Assembly: GCA_001780955.1 (NCBI GenBank)
Contig: MFJR01000007.1
Location: 342,171 to 406,170, forward strand
DNA: 64,000 nt
Direction of reading: 5' to 3'
Source of the DNA: Candidatus Gottesmanbacteria bacterium RIFCSPLOWO2_01_FULL_39_12b
GTDB lineage: Bacteria; Patescibacteriota; Microgenomatia; 2-02-FULL-39-11
Shown: one piece after another, positions 34,330 through 41,785 of the stretch
Position numbering within the stretch: position 1 is the first letter of the stretch
Layout of the letters: every line of letters begins with the position of its first letter
Translations under genes and position numbers: made by a program
Notes under the pieces: model-generated
What the model was told of the DNA's origin: nothing
The model's database searches: none
What the model saw: only the letters and a program-made list of their open reading frames with translations

Positions 34330-34515
34330 ATGATTAAGAAAATTAAATCGTATATAAAACCCAAAATATCAAAGAAAAAGATTATTGTCCGTATGTTTTA
34401 CCGGTTTGAAGATACTTTTGACTTTAATGGTTCATTATTTGCTGTAAATGTATGTCGATGCTGCGGTTCTGGAGAAACCGGAGGCGCGTGTTCCGAAAAT
34501 TGTAACAAGTGTTAA
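34330..34515 (+). CDS. small Cys-rich protein (candidate modified-peptide precursor)
   Basis: 61 aa with a Lys-rich N-terminal 40 aa followed by CRCCGSGETGGACSENCNKC (6 Cys in the last 20 residues). It starts 18 nt after the preceding gene, with only a weak AGGA 2 nt before the ATG. Confidence 0.4.
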   Translation: MIKKIKSYIKPKISKKKIIVRMFYRFEDTFDFNGSLFAVNVCRCCGSGETGGACSENCNKC

Positions 34516-34519
34516 CGTT

Positions 34520-35320
34520 TTAACCATCTAGATTGCTTTCAATGACTTCTATTAATAATTTTTTATTTTTTTGAAAATATAGCAAAAAAAAATTATGAAA
34601 CGTGTTTACGTATTTGATTGCAGATATTAATTGATTTTCTAAATTTTTATCGTTATATACAAGAAATTCCTCAATAAATTTTTTTAATATTTCTGACCTG
34701 TTGTTACATCTCACAATTTTATTATTTATAGCTTTCTTAAGGATAAAAATTTTACCAATTAAATATTTTCCCTTATTTTTTTGAACCCAACTTTGCCGTT
34801 CAGTAAACGGTGTCTGATACATAAAATAATTTCTATCAAGTTTTCGTATTATTACTGAATCATCACCAAGTGCTTTATATTTTTTACGAAGTAATCTTAT
34901 AACTGTTGATTTCCCGTCTCCTGAACCTCCTATGAAAAGAAGTGCTTCCTCTCCAACCAGACAGGCAGATGCATGGAGTACAAAACTATCTTTCTTTAAA
35001 AGTAATCCTATAATTGCTCTTATAATTACATTAAATTGAAAAATACTAATAGAATGGGAGGTTATTATATGTGTTTGATTTATTAATTCGTAAAATTTCA
35101 TATAATGTGCATTTTTAAACGATATAGTTGATGTTCTCGGTGGTTCAAAGAAGCTGATAGTAAAATCGATATTCCTGACTAATGATTTCGATAGTAAAAA
35201 TCCTTTATATACTTTTAAGATTGCTTTTTTAATAAAATTAAGTTCTGTTGAAAGGCTTATTTTGTGAAATATAATTTGTATATTGAATCCAGCTATATTT
35301 AAATATAATCTCTCATTCAT
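34520..35320 (-). CDS. HPr-kinase-C-terminal-like (HprK-related) putative Ser/Thr kinase
   Basis: LHASACLVGEEALLFIGGSGDGKSTVIRLL....ALGDDSVII matches the HprK-related kinase core (LHA.A....g.a.l..G.SG.GKST......l.DD). Its ATGA overlaps the upstream gene. Confidence 0.65.
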   Translation of the reverse strand: MNERLYLNIAGFNIQIIFHKISLSTELNFIKKAILKVYKGFLLSKSLVRNIDFTISFFEPPRTSTISFKNAHYMKFYELINQTHIITSHSISIFQFNVIIRAIIGLLLKKDSFVLHASACLVGEEALLFIGGSGDGKSTVIRLLRKKYKALGDDSVIIRKLDRNYFMYQTPFTERQSWVQKNKGKYLIGKIFILKKAINNKIVRCNNRSEILKKFIEEFLVYNDKNLENQLISAIKYVNTFHNFFLLYFQKNKKLLIEVIESNLDG

Positions 35321-36588
35321 ATTGAGAATTGTTCAATTATTTCCATTCCAATAGGGCATGAAAATGACTTTTTATAACTTAAGAATCGATTAAATTCCTC
35401 TAATGATTTCCTATTTCGACTAAATTTTGTATGTATAATCCCGGAAAAATAATAGTAAAGAATGTTTCTGTTATTTTTAGCAAGTATCGAATATTTTATT
35501 AATAATTTTTCTCCCTTTTTAAGATCATTTGTTCTTATAGAAATATATATTTGATATAACAAGCTGTCACTAAATAAACTGGAATCGTTCATGACTTGAT
35601 TAAAAAAATAATTGGATTTATTAAGTTTATTCTGTAAAAGATTTGTTACTCCTAACCAAAAGCTAGTTAAAGAAGTATTCGGGAGTATACTATTCATTCT
35701 CTTAAATTCTTTTTCCGCAAGTCGATAGTTTCCGCTCTTTAATAAGAGTATTCCATAATTTACATCTAATGAAGTATATACCGGATTTAATGTTCCCGCG
35801 TAAGTTAGAAATTTACTTGCTAAAGAATATTTCTTTAATTTGAGATTTTTTTTATATTCTCTGAAGCATTTATCTGCAAGAAGACTATAACGAATCCTCT
35901 CGTTAGTACCAGAAAATATTGTATATATCTTATCAGCTAAACTTCTGAATTCAACAGGAGTCCAACCTCCATTTACTGAATAGGAAATTGTTATAAATTT
36001 TGGATATTGTACTTTTGATAAAATGATATTTTTAAACTTTTTGATGGAAATCCATTGCTTTTTATGTCCAATATTTGAAATGTTATTAGACTCATATAAT
36101 GCTTTATTAATGAAATAGTCAATATCGATATCTAATAAAACGGGGTTTGCAAAATTAGGTAATGCGTCAAGCGTACAAATTTTTAATTTAATATTATTAA
36201 TTTTTGTACTAATGCCACCGCTGTCAACTACAATATTTGCTCTCTCTTTTGGTTGAGGAAGGCTTGAATTAATATGATTTAATGTTTTTTTAATTGAATA
36301 TATATTTTTGAAAAAAGTATCTTTAAATCCGGGAATTACCCAATACAGTTCACTTACGATTTTTTCCTTCGCGGATTGATAAATAAAATTACCAACGTTC
36401 AAATGAGATATATCAACATCTATAAGTTGATTGACATGAAAATCTATATGAGCATCAATATGTACGAGTAATTGATTATTGAAATTATTTTTTTTCCACA
36501 AAAAATACGCCATATGGTGATCTTCAATTAGAAAAATTTGTTTAGTATAATTCCTTTTCATTTTTTTAAATTGTATGTAATGAGTCAT
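35317..36588 (-). CDS. UPF0489-like (arginase-fold-related) N-terminal domain + C-terminal TPR repeats
   Basis: LIEDHHMAYFLWKK......LLVHIDAHIDFH resembles the UPF0489 signature as I recall it. The C-terminal third has TPR-like repeats (GNYRLAEKEFKRMNSILPN...). Confidence 0.45.
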   Translation of the reverse strand: MTHYIQFKKMKRNYTKQIFLIEDHHMAYFLWKKNNFNNQLLVHIDAHIDFHVNQLIDVDISHLNVGNFIYQSAKEKIVSELYWVIPGFKDTFFKNIYSIKKTLNHINSSLPQPKERANIVVDSGGISTKINNIKLKICTLDALPNFANPVLLDIDIDYFINKALYESNNISNIGHKKQWISIKKFKNIILSKVQYPKFITISYSVNGGWTPVEFRSLADKIYTIFSGTNERIRYSLLADKCFREYKKNLKLKKYSLASKFLTYAGTLNPVYTSLDVNYGILLLKSGNYRLAEKEFKRMNSILPNTSLTSFWLGVTNLLQNKLNKSNYFFNQVMNDSSLFSDSLLYQIYISIRTNDLKKGEKLLIKYSILAKNNRNILYYYFSGIIHTKFSRNRKSLEEFNRFLSYKKSFSCPIGMEIIEQFSI

Positions 36589-36792
36589 CTCTCATGTGGT
36601 AAAGATTTTATACTAAATATTTTGCTATATATTCTAATAATTTTAATCTTACATATTTAACATTATAAAACTACCAAGAAAGTATGCAAAAATTTCGATT
36701 TAAATAAAAATTACGGATCTGTTAAGAATAACTGTCAAATAATGGGGACTTGACAACTACGATAAATCTATCTTCTGACAATATTCTTAGAA

Positions 36793-36840
36793 AATATCTC
36801 TTAATTTACTCTCTGTCAACCCCGCTTAGCGGGGTCAACT
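36793..36840. repeat. copy 1 of a ~50-nt intergenic element (promoter-like box + small GC hairpin)
   Basis: AATATCTCTTAATTTACTCTCTGTCAACCCCGCTTAGCGGGGTCAACT. On the minus strand it reads TTGACA-17-TATTTT, preceded by the hairpin CCCCGC-TAA-GCGGGG. Confidence 0.7.
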
Positions 36841-36874
36841 GAAGATTATTCTGGCTGAATAATTAAATAATGGC

Positions 36875-37300
36875 TTAATTAGTAGGTTTATCGGTAATCA
36901 AATAATTGCTGATTTTCTCTACTAGTTTTTCCGTATACGGAATGAATTCTTTTGCAGAGTTGTATACTTTTTGGGCAATCTCTTCTTTATAGGTATGGAC
37001 TGTTAGATTTCTGTTGTCTAAAAACTCAAACCATTTATCCGGATCGTTAATCAGTTCCAATACTGCAGACTGACGAATTGCTCTTTTGGGACTAGGCGCA
37101 TCTAATCCTTCTAATTCAGCTATAGTTTTCATCAGTTTCCAAGCTGCTTCAAATGTAAATTCAAACCTCTGAATTGTTGAATCTTGGTTAAATACAGTTG
37201 GTGGCTGTTCTGACGCCTCAACTAGACGGTGAAGTGCTTTTTCCAGATCTTTTAACAATAATCCTGCTTTTTCTTTTTTAAATTGAGAAGTTTGAATCAT
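36875..37300 (-). CDS. HEPN-domain nucleotidyltransferase substrate-binding protein (HI0074 family)
   Basis: STIQRFEFTFEAAWKLMK, SPKRAIRQSA and NRNLTVHTY motifs. Confidence 0.85.
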   Translation of the reverse strand: MIQTSQFKKEKAGLLLKDLEKALHRLVEASEQPPTVFNQDSTIQRFEFTFEAAWKLMKTIAELEGLDAPSPKRAIRQSAVLELINDPDKWFEFLDNRNLTVHTYKEEIAQKVYNSAKEFIPYTEKLVEKISNYLITDKPTN

Positions 37301-37312
37301 AAAGTTATTAAT

Positions 37313-37606
37313 TTAATTAAGTTTGATAATTTTTTTAAGCGCAAGATTGCTAAATTCTTTTGACACATTACTAAAATCAACAATATCTATATTATATGGA
37401 ATATTTGATTCTTCACAAGCATCTTTAATATTTATTAATATTTCTCCTTTTAATTCTCTAGTGCTTTTTATCCCTATGTCAACGTCGCTAAATTTTCTAC
37501 CATCACCTGTAGCTCTTGATCCGAAAATAAAAACCTTGTCTTTTTGTCCGTCGACATATTTAAAAATTATTTTTTTTATTTCATTTATTGTCTTTTCATC
37601 CAGCAT
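37313..37606 (-). CDS. minimal nucleotidyltransferase (MNT, HI0073 family) - partner of the HEPN protein
   Basis: IFGSRATGDGRKFSDVDIGI (GS...D.D NTase motif); 97 aa. Confidence 0.85.
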   Translation of the reverse strand: MLDEKTINEIKKIIFKYVDGQKDKVFIFGSRATGDGRKFSDVDIGIKSTRELKGEILINIKDACEESNIPYNIDIVDFSNVSKEFSNLALKKIIKLN

Positions 37607-37615
37607 GTTACCTTG

Positions 37616-37644
37616 AGAATATCTCTTAATTTAATCTCTGTCAA
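37616..37644 (-). promoter_or_regulatory. sigma70-like promoter TTGACA-17-TATTCT, 9 nt upstream of the MNT ATG (inside repeat copy 2)
   Basis: The minus strand reads TTGACAGAGATTAAATTAAGAGATATTCTCAAGGTAACATG. Confidence 0.45.
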
Positions 37645-37667
37645 CCCCGATTGAATAGGGGTCAACT
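37618..37667. repeat. copy 2 of the ~50-nt intergenic element
   Basis: AATATCTCTTAATTTAATCTCTGTCAACCCCGATTGAATAGGGGTCAACT. The first ~33 nt differ from copy 1 at a single position, and the GGGGTCAACT end is shared. Confidence 0.7.
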
Positions 37668-37711
37668 ATATTATATCATTATGTAAATTGAAATTATGAT
37701 CGAAAGGTATA

Positions 37712-39934
37712 GTGAATATCTATATTGAAAAATCATTAAATTTCTTAACTCCTATCATTAATTTTCATGATTATATAATTGAAAGATTGAGTAAAAGTAT
37801 AAAATACTGGTTATTAGCGATTACGGTAATATTTGTAAGTTTACTTTTTTCGTTTTATTTAAAACTAGGTACAACAAACGAAATATATCTATATGTTTCT
37901 ATAAAGGGTGATAACCGAAACGGCGGAACTATTGATAAACCTTTTCAATCTATCCAACAGGCAATAGATATAGCCCTAAAATCTCCAAATACATCCTACA
38001 CGATCAAAATTTTTCCCGGAATTTATAGAGAAGCAATCAATATTAAAGATACTTCTAACCGGCAGATTAAAATCAAAATTCAGGCACTTGACAAGATAAG
38101 CGGCAAAGCAATTTTAAGCGGATCCGAACCCACGTTAAATTATTCCTGGAATCTTTGTGACAAACAGAAATGTAACAATTTTCCAGAAATGGCAATAAAT
38201 CATATCTATTACACAACTTTAGATTGGGAAGAAACTCCATATTTTATTGTCAAACAATCACAAAACGGTATTACCCAACAGTTATATACCGCACGTGACC
38301 CTGATTTTCAGATAACAACTCCCTGGAAATATCATGAGCATTGGTGGACCGTTGAAAATCAGATACCTTCAAAATATTCAATATTAGACTACGACCATCT
38401 TTCCAAATTAAACAATCTCACCGGAACTAATATCTTAATAATTGACGGAGCGGATAGATGCGGCACCTTTCTCTATCAAAAGACGATTGATAAATTCAAT
38501 AAAAACCAAGGCGAAATTACTTTTAATAAACCCGTCGGTTTCTCGATTTTCGGATCCCAAGAAACTGGAATCGGGCCAAACACCAAATATTTCGTTGAAG
38601 GAAATAAACAGTTTCTAAATTCCCCCGGAGAGTGGGTCTATGACTCAGGGGAGAAAAAATTATACCTATGGCCGCCAGATGATATCCATCCTGCAAAGCT
38701 TCCGCTGGAAATAGCCAAAAGATACAGCGGCATGAAAATTGTCAGTGCCAACAACTTAGAAATAGACGGTGTAGAAATAAGAAACATCAACTATTCAACC
38801 GATAATATCAATGGGGCTGTTATCATAAACCCGTCAAAAAATGAAACTGTGGAAAATATTATTTTCAAAAATTCATCCATAAATAATTCCGGTAACGGCA
38901 TCATAATTTCAGCAGACTCAGAAAGATCTAACATCAACAAAATCGACGTATCAGATCTAAAAATACACAGTCTTCTCAAAAATGCAATTTTTTCGTTAAA
39001 TGCAAGAAATATAAGAATAGAAAATTCCGAAATATATAATTCCGGCCAATATTTTAACGAAAATGGTATCAATATAATCAGGACTAATAATGTCAGACTA
39101 TTAAACAATAAAATACATGATACCGGATATAATGGCGTACAGATCGTGGGATATGAAAAATCAGATAAAGAGATAAAAAATGTACTTATCGAAAATAATA
39201 CAATCTACAATTCGTGCCAAAGTTCTTCTTTTTGTGCGGCATTAAAACTTTATGGAGGTAAATATAACAATACGATTGTCCGAAAAAATGTATTAAAAGA
39301 CAATATTGGCTGGTCTTATTGCCAGGAAAAAACCAGCGGTAAAAATCAGGCACACGGCTTATTTATCAGTAATGCCAGCGGAATCACGGTTGACAGCAAT
39401 ACTTCTCTGAACAACACGCTTGCAGGTTTCCATGTTTATCCCCGACAAATTGAAGCAAACAATAATATTTTTACCAATAACCTGGCAGGCAATTCAAGAT
39501 TTGGCATAGATTTGGCAAACGGAGATAGTGCTCATGATGCTGATAAGAATGTGATTGCCACCCGGCATGATAATACGGTTATTAAAAACAATATATTTTG
39601 GAATAACGGTATTGGATCAAATTTAGACGTGGCGGATCCAGAGAAAGTATTTAACGATTATAATGCCTATATTGATAACGGGACAAACATTCTCAACCAT
39701 GGCAATGAATCAGAAGAGTGGAATAAAAATTCGATAGTTACAGCAAAAAAAGCGTTTAAAAATGCTGGTAAATACGATTTTAATCTTCCGTTATTGAGTC
39801 CCCTGAAGGGTAGGGGAGAACCGCAATTAAAAAATCCCTTTTTACAATTTCAGCTGGAATTTTTTGGATTGGGCAATGATATAGGTCCCTGCAAATTCCG
39901 CTGGATCGGAAATTCCTGTTCTGTTTTAAACTAG
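37712..39934 (+). CDS. membrane-anchored right-handed parallel beta-helix repeat protein (pectate-lyase fold; glycan-acting enzyme, specificity unknown)
   Basis: GTG start with GAAAGG upstream, and an N-terminal TM. GGTIDKPFQSIQQAIDIA is followed by many N-rich repeats (IIFKNSSINNSGNGIII, IRIENSEIYNSG, LLNNKIHDTGYNGVQI, IENNTIYNS). Confidence 0.7.
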   Translation: MNIYIEKSLNFLTPIINFHDYIIERLSKSIKYWLLAITVIFVSLLFSFYLKLGTTNEIYLYVSIKGDNRNGGTIDKPFQSIQQAIDIALKSPNTSYTIKIFPGIYREAINIKDTSNRQIKIKIQALDKISGKAILSGSEPTLNYSWNLCDKQKCNNFPEMAINHIYYTTLDWEETPYFIVKQSQNGITQQLYTARDPDFQITTPWKYHEHWWTVENQIPSKYSILDYDHLSKLNNLTGTNILIIDGADRCGTFLYQKTIDKFNKNQGEITFNKPVGFSIFGSQETGIGPNTKYFVEGNKQFLNSPGEWVYDSGEKKLYLWPPDDIHPAKLPLEIAKRYSGMKIVSANNLEIDGVEIRNINYSTDNINGAVIINPSKNETVENIIFKNSSINNSGNGIIISADSERSNINKIDVSDLKIHSLLKNAIFSLNARNIRIENSEIYNSGQYFNENGINIIRTNNVRLLNNKIHDTGYNGVQIVGYEKSDKEIKNVLIENNTIYNSCQSSSFCAALKLYGGKYNNTIVRKNVLKDNIGWSYCQEKTSGKNQAHGLFISNASGITVDSNTSLNNTLAGFHVYPRQIEANNNIFTNNLAGNSRFGIDLANGDSAHDADKNVIATRHDNTVIKNNIFWNNGIGSNLDVADPEKVFNDYNAYIDNGTNILNHGNESEEWNKNSIVTAKKAFKNAGKYDFNLPLLSPLKGRGEPQLKNPFLQFQLEFFGLGNDIGPCKFRWIGNSCSVLN

Positions 39935-41271
39935 TCTAAGTATTTAGTGATAATGTTATTCAAATCATTAAGCTTTATATTTTCTTTAGTTGATTGGTTA
40001 TTTTTTTCATCTTTGTCAGTATTTAAGTTAAAAAGATAGTCTAATTTCTGCTCAAGATTTTTAATCAGTTTCCACCTGTCAGAGGTTCGGATCGATCTCA
40101 AGAAAACAGCATACCGATAATCTGTTTCTGAAAATACATCGCGGAGTACTTTCTCTCCTTTTATTAAAGAAATAAGACTTTTTCCCTGAAGTTGCTGACT
40201 CATCTTGCTACTATTCAATAATCCGAGCAAATCCAAAATCGTCGGGGGAATATCGATACTTGAAACTTGACTGTCTATTTTTCTTGCCCTTATTGAGTAA
40301 GGTGAAGTAATAATCAACGGCACCTTAATCAGCTCATCATAGAGATTGTGACCATGATCAATCTGCCCATGATCATAAAGTTCTTCTCCGTGGTCGGAAG
40401 TTAAGACAAATACAGTTTTACCAATTAAACCCAGTTGCTTATATTCTCTGATAAATTTTGAGAATAATTCATCTGCCCGCTGGATTTTCTCATCATATAA
40501 ATCCGTCAGAAATCTGACGTCGTCTTTGGTCAAATATATTTGACCTCTGGACAATCCTTCTTCTCTCAAGTCTTTCTGTTCATCTTTTGAACCGGTCAAT
40601 TTGCCTTTATATTCAAAATCAACAAACCTCTTATCATAACCCCCGGGAGGTTCGTATTGCCCGTGAATATTGTACCCGTGAAGGAAAACAAATAACTTCT
40701 TATCTTTATTTTGTTTTATCCACTCAATTGCTTTTGGATATGTGTATTCAAATCCGGCAAAATCTTTGTCATCAATATAAACATCAAATCCTTTATCAAA
40801 ACCGAATTGACGGTGGACTCCGGCGCCTCCGGTAAATCCCCCTGTTAAATACCCGTTCTCTTTAAAAACTTCTGCCAGTGTTTTAAGATTCGGTGAAACA
40901 TGGCTTAAATTTGTAATCTCCTCTTCGCCGCTTGGCAAAACTGTATATTTGTTCGTGACTTTATGCTTTGAGGGATAAACTCCTGTAAACCAGCTCATGG
41001 AAGAGGGGAGTGTCCATGAAGAAACGCTTATGGTGTTAGTAAAAACAAATCCGCTTTTAGTAAATTTATCAATATTAGGTGTGGTATTTCTGACATAGCC
41101 CGAATAACTGGTATGATCCTCACGGAGGGTATCAAAAGAAACAAAAACCACGTTACAGTCTTTACAGGAATAATCTATTTTTTTGCCTGTCAAACGATTG
41201 GAGGTTGTACTAAAATATCCATATACTAGAATTATTAGTAAAATTGATATGAAAAAGTTTTTTATATTCAT
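39931..41271 (-). CDS. sulfatase-fold (alkaline phosphatase superfamily) hydrolase/transferase with Thr at the nucleophile position
   Basis: VVFVSFDTLREDH, SSWTLPSSMSWFTGVYP (T in place of the CxPxR Cys, and no Arg) and TSDHGEELYDHG. N-terminal TM. Confidence 0.8.
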   Translation of the reverse strand: MNIKNFFISILLIILVYGYFSTTSNRLTGKKIDYSCKDCNVVFVSFDTLREDHTSYSGYVRNTTPNIDKFTKSGFVFTNTISVSSWTLPSSMSWFTGVYPSKHKVTNKYTVLPSGEEEITNLSHVSPNLKTLAEVFKENGYLTGGFTGGAGVHRQFGFDKGFDVYIDDKDFAGFEYTYPKAIEWIKQNKDKKLFVFLHGYNIHGQYEPPGGYDKRFVDFEYKGKLTGSKDEQKDLREEGLSRGQIYLTKDDVRFLTDLYDEKIQRADELFSKFIREYKQLGLIGKTVFVLTSDHGEELYDHGQIDHGHNLYDELIKVPLIITSPYSIRARKIDSQVSSIDIPPTILDLLGLLNSSKMSQQLQGKSLISLIKGEKVLRDVFSETDYRYAVFLRSIRTSDRWKLIKNLEQKLDYLFNLNTDKDEKNNQSTKENIKLNDLNNIITKYLD

Positions 41272-41785
41272 TATTATTGTAGTAACGACTATCTATCTTA
41301 TCTATAACAGGAATCAATGTAAATATTTAGGCTGTATAGATTTTACCGGAATTAAAGAATATAAAATCAAGGATATTTATAGAGACGAAAAAAATCTTTA
41401 CAGTGCTCTATATATTAGAAGTGATAATCTTCTCAGAGTCGAAATGAAATCGGATGCAAGTCGAGAAGAGTCCGATAGAAACATTGAGTCAAGAACGACA
41501 ACCATCAAAAGTCAGTTTGAAAACAGCAGGTCTCCTTATCCCGGAGAAATTTCTGATGAAATTAAATGCGACGACAAGTTTAAACCAATATACCGTGACG
41601 GATATGTAATCGCTTACTTAAACTCCAGGTTGACTTACGGTGCTTGCAGTGAAGAAGGAAATGCTTATAGAAGTCTTTTAACATGGCAATACTGTGATAA
41701 GCAAAAAAAACTATACCAGTTGGAGTTTATTTACCCGAAGGATAAATTTCATGAAGACAGGCTAGAAATAACCTGTCTCGATTAG
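41249..41785 (+). CDS. membrane-anchored hypothetical protein
   Basis: I prefer ATG 41249 (MKKFFIFIIIVVTTIYLIY..., a TM segment) over track start 41183. No family recognised. Confidence 0.5.
   Translation: MKKFFIFIIIVVTTIYLIYNRNQCKYLGCIDFTGIKEYKIKDIYRDEKNLYSALYIRSDNLLRVEMKSDASREESDRNIESRTTTIKSQFENSRSPYPGEISDEIKCDDKFKPIYRDGYVIAYLNSRLTYGACSEEGNAYRSLLTWQYCDKQKKLYQLEFIYPKDKFHEDRLEITCLD

Noticed and set aside
37323-37616. A 97-aa plus-strand ORF exactly mirroring the MNT gene.
   Set aside because: It is an antisense shadow ORF of the same length as a gene with a clear NTase motif. Its sequence is low-complexity and hydrophobic, with no start context.
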